The notes beneath the pieces were generated by a model. The model worked only from the letters and a program-made list of their open reading frames with translations, was not told where the DNA came from and did not search any database. Source: Octopus sinensis (taxonomy: Eukaryota). From it: DNA of 64,000 nt. Location: positions 9,734,001 to 9,798,000 of the forward strand of contig NC_043003.1 in assembly GCF_006345805.1 (NCBI RefSeq), in the 5' to 3' direction. Below, piece by piece: positions 13,626 to 27,261 of the stretch. The stretch's first letter is position 1; every line of letters starts with the position of its first letter. The position numbers were made by a program, and so were the translations under genes.

Positions 13626-14270
13626 ATTGTTTAATCTAATGAAGTAGCGTCACTTATTTAGTAGCATTGGTAGTGGTCTAAGGGACTATATAATTATGGT
13701 AAATAAAGAAGAAAAACTAGTTTCATTAAGGGTTTATTTCAGATGAAATAATTATATTTGATAATTGAAATACTTAGGATTAGCTTATAAGGAGTATATG
13801 ATTGTATTTAGTCAAGAATTTACATAACATAGGTGTGTATGTGTGTGTATATTTTCCTGAATATTAGAATATTCAGGTTTTACTATGTAAAGTTGAAGGT
13901 AAAGATAAGCATATTTGCATGTTTTCATTGTTAATGAGTAAAAACAAAAAAAAAAGGGACAAAAGACTTTAAACTATGAAAGAATTGCAAAATTAAGAAC
14001 AAATTGGGAAATGGATGTAGAATAAAATAGACTATATAAGGATGTTGAAACAGACATTAAATCATTTTTTGATTATTTTATATAATATTCTTAAAACAAG
14101 ATATTCTTTGATTAAATAAAGTAGCTGTATTAATTGGTTGTTAAAACACAACCTTAATTATTTTTTTTCTTGGATTTGCAGGAGGAGTGCAGATATGATC
14201 ATATATTACCCAAATCCTAAGGTGTATTTATTTGCAATATATATATATATATACCTCTCTCTCTCTCTCG

Positions 14271-14309
<39 letters not shown>

Positions 14310-14485
14310 CTATACTTATATAGTAAACTATGTGTGCTTGCGTGTAAGAGTTTTATGGTCTAGTATATCTGGGCACATGTATCTATATTTCTGTTTCTCC
14401 AAACGTATGCGTGTGTCTATCGTTTCATTTACTCTGAGTATGCCTAACATCACACACACACACGCACACATATGTATATATATAC

Positions 14486-14589
<104 letters not shown>

Positions 14590-14751
14590 TTGTATATTCA
14601 TATGTATACATATACATGCATATCTGGAGACGAAACAGCGTTGATGAAAGGAATATTGTTTACATTTATTTTAAATCGATTCTGTTTACTGAAACGTAGA
14701 AGACCTTCGCCCCGGACACTCAGCATAAATCTTATAGACTCTTATTCTATA

Positions 14752-15138
14752 CTAGCAGTATCGTCCGGCGTTACTCGGGTTTGTTTCGACTCTTTAGAAT
14801 TGGAATTTTTGAAAAGTAAAAATTTTGCATTATGTAGCTTGTTATTCTCTTTAAGTGAGAATTCTGGTTGAAATACACCGAAAAAAGGCGACACAGCAGT
14901 TAAAATATCGTAAAAAATAGGGATTTTCATAGAAAAAAGCACCTTTTTGATGTAAATACTTTTTGGTGTTAACATGGTCCGATTTGAAGTTTTTCGTCTA
15001 CGGAAGGAAGAGCAAGTCGTCTTCTATCATACTCTCAATTTTGGTCAACTTACGCCGCAGGGTCTCGGAGGAGATAGTGTTAGTTGAAGAGTACCAAACC
15101 TGCCATACACAGACACTTCAGCTTTATAGAGAGAGAGA
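14752..15138 (-). mobile_element. Non-autonomous Helitron
   Basis: Minus strand starts with TC and ends with hairpin CCCGAGTAACGCCGGACG plus ATACTGCTAG. It lies at an A|T site. The 3' terminus is shared with 39976-40374. Confidence 0.65.
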
Positions 15139-15354
15139 TAAAAGCGCATCGAACCGCGCTTTGATTGACGTCAGACAGATATCAGACACATATTTGGGCG
15201 CCATTATACTTTTTCATTGACAGACACGACACATTTAGTCATTCATAACGAAGTCGGAACTTCTATTGCCATATGTGATCAGGAAAAAAGTACATTACTT
15301 CTGAAACTGTCACTCATTCAGTTTTCCAATCGCATCACTCATTTCCTTCTATTC

Positions 15355-15498
15355 GTAACTGGTACTTAATTTATCGACCCTGAAAGGAGGAAAGGCAAAG
15401 TCGACCTCGGCGGAATTTGAACTCAGAACGTAACGACAGACGAAATACAGCTACGCATTTCGCCCGGCGTGCTAACGTTTCTGCCAGCTCGCCGCCTT
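15355..15498 (-). mobile_element. SINE family A, 3' truncated
   Basis: Reverse complement of the family A head and core. Confidence 0.85.
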
Positions 15499-16070
15499 GT
15501 TCAGGTAATTGTTATAGTAAGAACAATACATACAATGCATACTTATGCATACTTATGTCCATTCGCGTGTCATTTTCACAGAAACATCGTCAGTGTGAAC
15601 ATCCGCCGCCTCTGTCTCGAACACAAGACCTGAACAGTACGTTGCTCTTGCCTAACACCTCAATGTAATCACTGGCATTTTGCTTAATTTTGCTACAAAC
15701 CAATGTGCAGAAATCCGAAAGAAATTTGTTGGCCAACTCTTAAGCCGATAGGATACAAAAAACAACCACTTGCAAATTAAACGTCAGATAACAAATCAAA
15801 GAATGGATTTAGCAAAGTTATTCAAATCAAATATTTTAAAATCCTAATATGCAAAAACATATCCCATGATTATTCGATTGATAGAAAAGTGCAGGTGTAA
15901 AACTAGATTATTATGATACACAAGCGTCACATATCGTAAGAGAGTACTCTCGCAGAGATTAAAGTTCCATCAAGATAAATCTCTAGAATTTACATAACAT
16001 TTTATTTCAATGTAAAGAAAGGAACCCAAATATATTTTTGTCTTCTTTAATATGATTGTAACATATCCGA

Positions 16071-16328
16071 CAGGGGATGATGGTGATCCCTGCTGTACTC
16101 TTTCACCACAACTTTCTCTCACTCTTACTTCCTGTTTCTGTTGTACCTGTATTTCAAGGGGCCGGCCTTGTCACTCTCTGTGTCACGCTGAATATCCCCG
16201 AGAACTACGTTAAGGGTGCACGTGTCTGTGGAGTGCTCAGCCACTTACACGTTAATTTCACGAGCAGTCTGTTCCGTTGATTCGGATCAACCGGAACCCT
16301 CATCATCGTAACCGACGGAGTGCTTCCA
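16071..16328 (+). mobile_element. SINE family C1, 5' truncated
   Basis: Matches 42165-42421. Confidence 0.85.
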
Positions 16329-16400
16329 TGTAACATAATTTTTATAATTTATGCTCGACTACATCAATCTTCTGAGCATTAATTCTTTTTTTTTCTTTTT

Positions 16401-16599
16401 CTTTTTACTTGTTTCAGTCATCTTGACTGCCGCCATGCTGGTGCACCGCCTTTAATCGAGCAACTCGACCCCGGGACTTATTCTTTGTAAGCCCAGTACT
16501 TATTCTATCGGTCTCTTTTGCTGAACCGCTAAGTAACGGGGACATAAATACACCAGCATCGGTTGTCAAGCGATGTTGGGGGGACAAACACACCCACGC

Positions 16600-16632
<33 letters not shown>

Positions 16633-16789
16633 TACGACGGGCTTCTTTCAGTTTCCGTCTACCAAATCCACTCACAAGGCTTTAGTCGGCCCGAGGCTAT
16701 AGTGGAAGACACTTGCCCAAGGTGCCACGCAGTGGGACTGAACCCGGAACCATGTGGTTGGTAAACAAGCTACTTACCACACAGCCACT
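16401..16789 (-). mobile_element. SINE family B
   Basis: Reverse complement of 17063-17460, including the internal (TA)n. Confidence 0.9.
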
Positions 16790-17062
16790 GTTTGTTTAAA
16801 TTCTGAAAATCTACCAATACTCTTTGGTGCATATTTTCTTTTTTAATTTAGTATTGCACGGAAATTTAGCTCTCCGGGCACTGCATCTTATTACCGAAAC
16901 AACTGTCTGCTAATGAAGACGATTACGCACTTCCTGTCCCCTAGTCAGTCCAATAATTTGTATTAGGCTCTGTAGTCACCTGGCGTTTAATTCCGAAGGA
17001 TATGTGTATCGAGTTCTAACAACCGATTATTAATATCGTTGCAAATAAGAGAAATCAGTATA

Positions 17063-17460
17063 GGCGCAGGAGTGGCTGTGTGGTAAGTAGCTTGCTAACC
17101 AACCGCATGGTTCCGGGTTCAGTCCCACTGCGTGGCATCTTGGGCATGTGTCTTCTGCTATAGCCCCGGGCCGACCAATGCCTTGTGAGTGGATTTGGTA
17201 GACGGAAACTGAAAGAAGCCTGTCGTATATATGTATATATATGTATATGTATGTGTTTGTGTGTCTGTGTTTGTCCCCCTAGCATTGCTTGACAACCGAT
17301 GCTGGTGTGTTTACGTCCCCGTCACTTAGCGGTTCGGCAAAAGAGACCGATAGAATAAGTACTGGGCTTACAAAGAATAAGTCCCGGGGTCGATTTGCTC
17401 GACTAAAGGCGGTGCTCCAGCATGGCCGCAGTCAAATGACTGAAACAAGTAAAAGAGAGA
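17063..17460 (+). mobile_element. SINE family B, full length
   Basis: Head GGCGCAGGAGTGGCTGTGTGGTAAG, B box GGGTTCAGTCCC, tail hairpin CAGTC-AAAT-GACTG followed by AAACAAGTAAAAGAG. Confidence 0.9.
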
Positions 17461-17720
17461 GTATAGATGTTCGAAAGTTCGATGTTTTGTTGTTACAAAC
17501 ACATACCTAATTCGTACCTGACTACTCAGGTGCTAAATCACATGCATTTCTCCAATCATTACAGAGGTGTGTTGATGGAGTTCATTCTATCCAACACTCG
17601 ATTTACTCTCGTGACTGCAGGTTTGGACTGTCTCAGTCACTCTCTTTTTTGCAATACCTCAATAACCTACACACCACCATATCGTAACCAACAACACCCT
17701 CTATAATGCAGATCACAACC

Positions 17721-17953
17721 CATTTCTTTACTACCCACAAGGGGCTAAACACAGAGAGGAGAAACAAGCACAGACAAACGGATTAAGTCGATTACATCGA
17801 CTCCAGTGCGTAACTGGTACTTAATTTATCGACCCCGAAAGGATGAAAGGCAAAGTCGACCTCGGCGGAATTTGAACTCACAACGTAGCAGCAGACGAAA
17901 TACCGCTAAGCATTTCGCCCGGCGTGCTAACGTTTCTGCCAGCTCGCCGCCTT
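17721..17953 (-). mobile_element. SINE family A, full length
   Basis: 17-bp TSD TAATGCAGATCACAACC at 17704-17720 and 17955-17971. Confidence 0.92.
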
Positions 17954-19640
17954 CTAATGCAGATCACAACCGTTTATCCCTCCTTCCATATGCCATTCAC
18001 ACAAAACCGGGACACCACGTATCAAACCTGCATTACGTCCATCGACATAAACACAGAGAGCATCCTGTAATGCAGTAACCTGTCTCGTGGTTTGGCTGCA
18101 ACAAATCACGCGCTTTTCATATCCTAAGAAAAGAAACGCATCGTACCACATGCGAGGTACTCAGACAGTTCCCATACATTCGCTCAAAATGCTGGGCTGC
18201 CCTATCATTGAGGCTCTCATCTGGCGAAAGCAGGTCCTTTGTATAGCTAGGACCGCATCTCAAAGACTTTAGGACCAGAAACCATTTCAGCACCAAACTG
18301 CTGCTGTTACTAAACACAGCTCAGTTGAGACTCAAAATCGAGTGATGCTCCCACAACTGAGGCAGTGCTGCAGCTACAGACATTGCTACGACATTTAATT
18401 ATGGATGGTATTCACTTCAGAGGAAAGCGGCTCTGCAGGCTGCCGATTCATCACTAACAAAAACGCTCCAGCCTCTGGTCTACAAGCAAATTTTCTCTTC
18501 CTCCTGTCTTTCAGTCTTTCCTCTCGCTCATACAATAGCCTCTACGTTTCGGAGTTGGCTGCTCTCATATCTTCACCATTCACGCTCACTCGTCTCTCTC
18601 TACCTCCGACACCCTTTGTGCGCCGAATCCACATTTTATTTGCCCTAATAACTATGTTTAATTCGTCTTCCCCAGAAAATCGGGCCCCTGGTCAGACCCT
18701 TCCATTCCGTCTCATGGTTTTCTCGCAAGTATTGACTGACAAAAAGCTAAACGGAACATTAGCTATATCTTTCTTACCCGTCTCATAAAAGACTTGTATA
18801 TATTTTACGTTCTTTCTCTTCTTCCAAACACAGCAAGCAAAACGTTTTCGTAGATGTCTGCCCTTCTTTTAAGGTCAATAACAAATCTCGTGATTAATGT
18901 AAAAGTCGTTTGTGATATTAATTATCATATAAGAGGGAATTATAGACCAAACTTTATGTAATTGTCTTCAGTTTACCTTGCGAAAATATGATATTATTTC
19001 GCATCACACCGAAATTAATATTGAGTCACAATCTTTATACGAGAGATTGCGAAGCAAGTATTGCCTTTATCGATGAGATAACACTGATGAAATCTCTATC
19101 TATATTTCTACGTAATTAAATAATGCAAATATCTTGACAGCGAGTGTAAACAATTGAATAAATATATAAATGATTCATCTAATAAGAACAGATTTTCAAT
19201 ACTTTACACAAGTTCAGTAATGTTGTTTAATGACAAATATCTCATTTATACGATGAGATGCAAATTCAAAACAAAACTTGGACACAAACATATTATTTGC
19301 TTTTTAAATGGTCCATTCATTTTTATGTGATCCAAACATAGTCTACTAAACTTAAAGAAAGTGACATTTCAAAGATCATCATCTCACATCAGTTCAATTA
19401 CAAACGCATCAGTTATAAACCTGGATAGAGAGAAAGAGTAACAATGACAGAGATATACGCACAGGTCAATATACTCCCAGAGTAATAACATTTACACAAA
19501 ATTTAGATAGATATAAGGTTAATGGAAAATCAATCTTTATCCGCATTTAAATACATCTATTACAGGTACATACACGTTCTCCAACTTCGTTTCTCTTATA
19601 TAAGCATCCCCCAGCCATACTTATATAATACGTACGTATA

Positions 19641-19672
<32 letters not shown>

Positions 19673-19731
19673 CATATATAACATACCCGTACAAACTTGT
19701 AATAATTATTAAAAAGTTTGTATGTATGTAT

Positions 19732-19804
<73 letters not shown>

Positions 19805-20094
19805 GAAAGATGAGAAAATAGAGATGAATCAATTAATAATTTTTCCATGAATTACAAAAATAGACGTAATCCCTGACAATTGTCAGAGATTATGTCTATT
19901 TTTGAAATTAATAGCTAATTATTAATTGATTTATCTTTATGTTCCCATTTTCTTAAATAAATATAAACCTGGACTTACCTGATTGCCTTATGGATGAATA
20001 TTAAATATAATATTCAATATAAATATTAGGTAATAAACCAGTAAATTCATTGGATTTTGTTATCCCTTATTGAGGGATATAACCTTTAATTGAA

Positions 20095-20137
<43 letters not shown>

Positions 20138-20139
<2 letters not shown>

Positions 20140-20464
20140 AGGAGACCCCCTTTGGTCATGACTGACCATGGGGTTACACCTTGTAAGTTACCCTCTAAGG
20201 ACTAGATTGTTTGTGGAAGACCAGCAGTCACCCATGCATACCAGCTTCCCTTCTCCACACAACTGATGTTATCCAAGGGAAAGGCAAAGGCTGATGATAC
20301 AGCTTGGCACCAGTGATGTCGCAACTCATTTCTACAGGTGAGTGAACTGGAGCAACGTTAAATAAAGTGTCTTGCTCAAGAACACAACACACAGCCCAGT
20401 CCGGGAATCGAACTCACAACCTCATGATCGCAAGCTCTACGCCCTAATCACAAAGCCATGCGCC

Positions 20465-20468
<4 letters not shown>
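20138..20468 (-). mobile_element. SINE family F (tRNA head, Meta/V-like central domain)
   Basis: Minus strand has a head with B box GAGTTCGATTCCCG, then TGTGTTCTTGAGCAAGACACTTTATTT...CCAGTTCACTCA. The domain name is by recognition only. Confidence 0.7.
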
Positions 20469-20502
<34 letters not shown>

Positions 20503-20514
20503 CTTAGATAAACT

Positions 20515-20978
20515 TACATATGTTTGGACCAAAGATTAGTCCAGTCCATGTCTAGCTTAATAGCACCACCTCATATGATTATCTAAATCCTGTTTAAGTC
20601 AAGTTTTCTTTGTGGTCCATTCAAGTAGTGAGTTTTTGTTGGCTGAGTTGTATCCAATTATGGGTGGCTTATCTGGTATTCCTTGAAGGAATCTATCCAG
20701 ACTCCGTTTAAAATTGATGGGTTCCTTTTCCTCTTCGATCGCTTTCGGGACAATGTTAAATAGTGCAGGGCCTGTTGAGGAAAAGAAATTATGTTGCAGT
20801 GCACATATATGCTGTGATCCTAAATTGGGCAGGAGACGTATGGCCCGTGGTCCCAGTCTTGGATGTTCAGGTCGTTTGGGCAAAGTTGGCGGTATATTCT
20901 CCACATCGTACAAATGATGTACCGCTCGCGGCGGCGGTGGAGAGGGTAGAGTTTCAAGGCTTTAAGGTGGTCCCAATA
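20515..20978 (-). mobile_element. CR1/L2-group LINE 3' fragment, second copy
   Basis: Homologous to 1574-2050 (QHNFFSSTGPALFNIVPKAIEEEKEPINFKRSLDRFLQGIPDKPP). Bounded by (TA)n. Confidence 0.85.
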
Positions 20979-21280
20979 TATATATATGTATATATATATA
21001 TATAAGTGGATTTCAAAATTTGGTTGATAGCAATATACAATCTGGGCGGGTACCGTATTCGCTTCTATCGGTTAATAATGCTGGATATTCTCAGTAGGTC
21101 TTCACATCGTTCTCCTTAATTATTAATTTCTGCATGCATCCATGTGGTGTTTGTGCGTGCGTGCGTGCTTGCAGGTGTATGTGTGTATGTGTGTGTGTGT
21201 GTGCGGGCGCCTGTGAGTGCGTGCGTATTTGCATAAGCATGCATTGTATGTATTGTTCTTACTATAACAATTACCTGAAC

Positions 21281-21515
21281 AAGGCGGCGAGCTGGCAGAA
21301 ACATTAGCACGCCGGGCGAAATGCGTAGCCGTATTTCGCCTGCCGTTACGTTCTGAGTTCAAATTCCGCCGAGGTCGACTTTGCCTTTCATCCTTTCGGG
21401 GTCGATAAATTAAGTACAAGTTACGCACTGAGGTCGATGTAATCGACTTAATGCCCTTGTCTGTCCTTGTTTGTCCCTTCTGTGTTTAGCCCCTTGTGGA
21501 TAGTAAAGAAATAAG
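21281..21515 (+). mobile_element. SINE family A, full length, no TSD
   Basis: Family A consensus. Its 5' flank is shared with the 15355 copy. Confidence 0.9.
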
Positions 21516-22170
21516 TATTACGTACAGTTAACTTTAACACTGTAGATTCTCAAACTTTAGAGATATTTCCCACTCGGAAACTTTTACAATGTTAGTGTAA
21601 ATCGAAAGAGAAAATATCTGTAGTTAAATTTAAAAGTAGCTTTTTTTTGTTCCAGCAGACGCATATGAGATTATTTTTTTTAGTTCAAAAATGTATTATA
21701 CGTGACCTTGGCAAATTTTATTAGAAAGAACACACGAAAAAGAAACATAACGAAATGGAAAAAATAATAAAGAACGCGAAAATATTTAGAACATGTAACC
21801 CAAAGATTGACCTAGTGACCCGGTACGTGAAAAAAACAAAGAATTAACCAAAATACCGATATCGAAGTCTAGAAAATACTGCCAGAAAAACAATGAATCA
21901 GAACAATAAGAGAAAAGTCTTAAGAATAGAAATGTTTAAAGATGACTATCGTGAACATGACAAAAATCTAAAGAAGGGAATAATAAACGTATTAAAGTCA
22001 ATAAAAGACCTATCGTTGAACCAGCTAACATAGCTCGCAAGGATATGTCAAAACAAAAGCAGAAAATATAAGAAAGGAAATTTTCATGCCGATAACAAAA
22101 AAACACGATTGTAAAACATGAAGAAAATGACAAAACAGTATCCGAAACAACAGAACGGGTGATAAGATGA

Positions 22171-22547
22171 TGGAAGCACTCCGTCGGTTACGACGATGAG
22201 GGTTCCGGTTGATCCGAATCAACGGAACAGCCTGCTCGTGAAATTAACGTGTTAGTGGCTGAGCACTCCACAGACACGTGTACCCTTAACGTAGTTCTCG
22301 AGGATATTCGGCGTGACACAGAGAGTGACAAGGCCGGCCCTTTGAAATACAGGTACAACAGAAACAGGAAGTAAGAGAAAGTTGTGGTGAAAGAGTACAG
22401 CAGGGATCACCACCATCCCCTGCCTAGCCTCGTGGAGCTTTTAGGTGTTTTCGCTCAATAAACACTCACAACGCCCGGTCTGGGAATCGAAACCGCGATC
22501 CTATGACCGCGAGTCCGCTGCCCTAACCACTGGGCCATTGCGCCTCC
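22171..22547 (-). mobile_element. SINE family C1, full length
   Basis: TSD TGATAAGATG at 22160-22169 and 22548-22557. Confidence 0.92.
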
Positions 22548-23299
22548 TGATAAGATGTACACACGTAATTGTTGAGAATAGGTCGTTATGAAGTGAGACA
22601 AAATATTTGAGTAACACAAGCATTTCAACTCGAACCTGACGATTTTATCAAGTACTGGGGGAAAATTTAATAGCAATTGATAAATGTAACAGTAATACAA
22701 AACAATGTAAATTATTAGGTGAATACTAAGTACCAGGGGTGGGGATAAAACTAAAATTAATGAATACAAACAGCTAAGATGGTAAGTAGATTATGGAGAG
22801 TAATGCAACTGAAAAGGAAAGGAAGAGTCGTCACGAAGGAGATTGCTCAACTCGACACAGGAGCTGAAAAATTGTGAGAGATCAAACGATATCAAATCAA
22901 CATAAAGAGAGATGCAACAAGGAAAATAACCTTGAAGGTGCTAGGAAATAACTTCTCATACTTTAGTTTAGCTTATTTAGGAGGTGCACAGAATGTGCTG
23001 GAAGAGATGTGTGTGAGCGACAGATGGAGCTAGAGTTAACATCGAACTGAAAAAAAACGTTTGAATCTTCAAAATTAAACAAATGGCAGACATTCGAAAC
23101 GAGAGACCGAGTTTTTTTTTTATTTTACCTGATTACAAATCCTTCCATATCATAATTTCGTGGATGATAAATTTGTACCTGGAAATAAGAGTTTATGACA
23201 AGAAAAAGAGAGTGCGAGCTGCAACAGCTTGTAAGGATGATGGTAAGTGTCAGATGGTAATAATCCAGAATCCTTGTCCGGTACCTGATCGATCTCAAT

Positions 23300-23625
23300 G
23301 GTAGTCATGGAATGTGAAGGTGGGTGTGCGGGCCGTGTTTGTAATGCTGTGTGTGTGTCGTCTGCAGTGGGAACAGGGGCAGTTTTCTCTATGAAGGCCT
23401 TTTTTAGTCTATCCACTGATATAGTGTCTTTACGATCATTAAGGTCTATAGTGAAAAATTTATGCGTGCGTGAAAGAAAACGGAAAGGACCTGCATACGG
23501 TGCTGTTAACGGAGGTTTAACAACATTGTTGCGCACAAAAACGTGGGACCAAGAAGTAAAGCTTCCTTCCAGGCAGAGCTGGAAATGCAATTGTCAAGTA
23601 GTTAAGAGGTTCTAAATAGGGGCGA
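23300..23625 (-). pseudogene. Ty3/Gypsy integrase C-terminal remnant (GPY/F region)
   Basis: SHVFVRNNVVKPPLTAPYAGPFRFLSRTHKFFTIDLNDRKDTISVDRLKKAF matches the GPY/F...DRLK motif. Confidence 0.8.
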
Positions 23626-23954
23626 TATATTGTCAAAGTTAGTAAAACTGAAAACTGTGGGGATAAATTAAATTTGTTATTGTTACTGAATATGTTAACG
23701 TTATTTAATTTCTGAAGGGTCTTGCTGTCGTTTGGTTTTATGTCGCTTGATTTCGTTATCCATCAGTTTCTACTATGATAGTGACGCGAGTAAAATTAAT
23801 AATAGAGAAACGAAAATATAACTTTGGGTACAACAACGCCACCATAACTTACGTAGAATCTATGAGCGTGCTTTCAAGGGAGATAATCAGAGAAAGACCT
23901 GAAAGTGAACGTAAGATCGTAATACTTCATGTAAAGCAGAGTAAATACAACAAA

Positions 23955-24146
23955 TAATCCAGAATTGTTGTCCGGTACCGGATCGATTCCAAAATCTAAT
24001 CAGTTCGTGCCAGTCACAAGGCCAAATATCCCGGAAGGTTTCACCCGAATCCATCTAGTGAGTCTTAAGATATCTTGTCCACGGACAAACAAATACACAA
24101 ACAAACACAACTGAAAACAATACTTCCGTCTTCCCTAAGGCGGAGG
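23955..24146 (+). mobile_element. Non-autonomous Helitron/Helentron-like (HINE/DINE-type) element
   Basis: GTTTCACCCGAATCCATCTAGTG...GAGATATC-like body, (CAAA)n core and terminal hairpin CTTCCGTCTT..AAGGCGGAG. A short related piece lies at 23262-23298. Confidence 0.5.
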
Positions 24147-24367
24147 TAATAATGATAATCCATAACAAAGAAAGATCTCGAGAACGGGAGAAGACAGGAA
24201 AGGACGATACTGAATGAGATTACAAAGAAATACATGGAAACAAAGGAGAGAATACAAACAAAAGAAATAAATCACAAAAATTTCGCCTAAAACGGCTGAG
24301 AAATCCGTGGACATATTTACACAAAAACAACCACAAGAAAATACCAAATAAGGAACTTCTAGGAGTT

Positions 24368-24536
24368 ACATACATACATACATACACACATACAAAGATA
24401 CACACACACATACATACATGCATACATACATGCATACATACATACATACATACATACATGCATACATACATACATGCATACATACATACATACACACACA
24501 CACATACATACATACATACATACATACATAAGAGGC

Positions 24537-24567
<31 letters not shown>

Positions 24568-24874
24568 CACATACACACACATACAAAGATACACACATAC
24601 ATACATACATACATACACATACAAAGATACACACATACATACATACAAACATACATACATAAATACATACATGCATACATACATACATACATACATACAT
24701 ACATACATGCATACATACACACACACATACAGACATACACACACACATACATACATACATACATACACACATACAAAGATATACACACATACATACATGC
24801 ATACATACATACAAACACACATACATACACACATACATACATACACACACACATACATACACACATAAATACAT

Positions 24875-24905
<31 letters not shown>

Positions 24906-25004
24906 TACATACATACATACATACATACATACATACATACATACACACACATACATACATACACACACATACATACATACATACATACATACATGCATAC
25001 ACAC
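24368..25004. repeat. (CATA)n/(CA)n compound microsatellite, about 640 bp
   Basis: Direct inspection. It explains the MYVC/HTYI ORFs. Confidence 0.97.
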
Positions 25005-25294
25005 ACGTATTGGCTCTTATTTAAGTTCCTGTTAAGGGCCAACCACTTTCATTAGTACTTAACGTCAGCAGCTTATATTCGTGAATTCTTCCAATTGGTA
25101 ATTCTGTCTACGCCTTCGGTAGACGGTAAAAACTGTTTGGAGTATATATTATTATTAACAATATAGATTATGGAAACTTGTTTCATTTACATATTATATT
25201 TTATAATTGTATACAGCATATTATAATGTGCTGCGTTATAAAATAAATTTCGTGGATGAACAAGTCTCCATACTCTTTATTATAAACAATAATT

Positions 25295-25365
<71 letters not shown>

Positions 25366-25486
25366 TAAAAAAATGGAGTTAACGCAGGTGTAATCAAATA
25401 TTTTTTAACTTTCGACACATGCCTTGGTAACTATTTATTTATTTTTTCCGTGTTAATTGTTAACAACGTAAAAATACACTCATCTA

Positions 25487-25556
<70 letters not shown>

Positions 25557-25858
25557 CGGAGATGTACTCGCATATCAAGTAATTTGATCTGAGATCGTGT
25601 GCTGAAACGAAAACAATTGCAGCGTGGAAGGTGTTTATAAGCCATTTAAGAAATACACAAAAGCCGTTCGATTCACTCCAACATTTAAGTTTAATTTGTC
25701 AAAATATTTTCGTCGCTAAAATATATATATATATATATACGTAAATGATTACTAATGTATAGCTGTGTGTGTATCTGTCTAAGACAAATTAAGGTAAACA
25801 CAGGTTTATATATTTTGGTCTTGTGTTCGTTTCACCATTAGTTGCTTGGCACTTTACA

Positions 25859-27130
25859 CTGAACGTTCTATGAACAATTGGATGCTTAACTGCAACGCAT
25901 TATTGCATTATGTTACAGAGAGCCAACGTCTTGTGTTGGATAGATGCCATGATATGTTGATAGGGAAATAGAAAGCTATGGTCAGAAGCAACCACAGAGA
26001 GCCAAAGAGACAGGAGAAAGTGAGAGAGAATCAAGATGAAATAGAGAATAAAGAGAGAGGGGGAGAGAGAGAAAATGAGAAAAGAAAAACGAAGAAAACA
26101 ACACAGGATTGGAATTAAAGAAAGAACGAAAGGCTGAACTTGACAAGCATAAAAGATATAAACTTAAAAACAAAAAATTAATATTTAAACCTGTGGAACC
26201 CGAGCAGTGTCAGTGTGACCGCTGGTGATCCATATCAGATTTAGGATGTGGGGGAACGTCGGCAAAATAATGAACTGCATTTTAATGGGTCCATAAAAAA
26301 ATGTCGCTTTGGATGTATTTGTTGCAAGAAACGGACAGATTTCTTTCTTGGCGTTTTACATATTTCAGCCTACACGAGGGAATGCGAAATAAATGGAATA
26401 ACAATTTTTGGGGAAGAAAGTATCTATAAAACTGATTTTTAAATATTGAATTGCTATGGAGGGGTCCACCAGAATAAAATAGTAATCAAAGGAGTTCGTA
26501 GATAAGAAGTAGTTGTGAACCACCGATTTCTACGAGTAAATAAATTCACCGAAACGATAGAAAGAAAAAGAGGATAAAGAAAGCATTGAGAGAAAGAGAG
26601 TTGATGGTGTAAGAGATTGTTAGGAAAAGGGAATCTTATTTACATTATTTACATTTGATGGATATTTGTCCTCATCTTGTTCGTTGTTAACACGTTTCGA
26701 CTGATATACCCTTCAGCCTTCATCAGGTGTCTTGGGGAAATTTCGAACCTGGGTTCTCATTCCTAAGGTATTTTTCGATGTTATTATTATTATTAGTAGC
26801 AGTATTCAGATCACTGCTTGTAATCGAACTCGGAATCTTGAGGTTAGTAGCCCGCGCTCTTAACCACTATGCCTTTTATTCTTTCTTTAATTCCAATCAT
26901 GTCTTATTTTCTTCGTTTTTCTTTTCTCGTTCTCCCCCCCCCTCTCTCTCTCTTTATTCTCTATTTCATCTTTTTTTTCTCTCCCACTTTCACCTGTCTC
27001 TTTGATCCTCTTTGGTGGCTTCTGACCATAGCTTTCTATTTCTCTATCAAAATATCACGCCATTAGTTCTCAGTAACATAATGCATTAACGCGTTTCAGT
27101 TAAGCATCCAATTGTTCTTGGAACATTCAG
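25859..27130. repeat. Long imperfect inverted repeat (arms 25859-26134 and 26871-27130)
   Basis: The arms align as reverse complements over about 270 bp, for example GAACAATTGGATGCTTAACTG and GAAATAGAAAGCTATGGTCAGAAGC. Confidence 0.9.
26636..26873 (-). mobile_element. SINE family D (tRNA head plus hammerhead motif in the 3' part)
   Basis: Minus strand: GGCATAGTGGTTAAGAGCGCGGGCTACTAAC...GAGTTCGATT...(TAA)n...GACAC-CTGATGA-A-GGCTGA..TCAGTC-GAAACGT. Homologous to 41756-42010. Confidence 0.85.
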
Positions 27131-27261
27131 TTTGTTAACACGTTGACTAAAAACTATACAATTTGGGAAATGAATATAAACACAAATACAAATGCAACCA
27201 TGTGAAGAGGTCATGACCCTACACAGCAAAGGTATCTAAAGGTCACTATGTATATTTCAAA

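Noticed and set aside
15560-15640. Possible small minus-strand exon (TTCAG|...|GTATGC; LVFETEAADVHTDDVSVKMTREWT)
   Set aside because: The frame ends in a stop at the donor, no neighbouring exons are identifiable, and I recognise no homology.
18543-18580. Degenerate hammerhead-like strings here (GTGAAGA..CTCC-GAAACGTA) and at about 8285-8330(-), 14640-14700(+) and 36465-36500(-)
   Set aside because: Each has several core or stem defects and could be a decayed relative or a chance match. They cannot be supported without a family consensus.
17470-18800. GC-richer stretch with faint similarity to a Tx1/L1 ORF2 C-terminus on the minus strand
   Set aside because: Too many stops and no diagnostic motif intact; it needs a translated profile search.
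22720-23060. Possible very old RLE-type LINE end (KINEYKQLRW..; LGGAQNVLE)
   Set aside because: Similarity is only suggestive and the catalytic PD..D motif is not recoverable.
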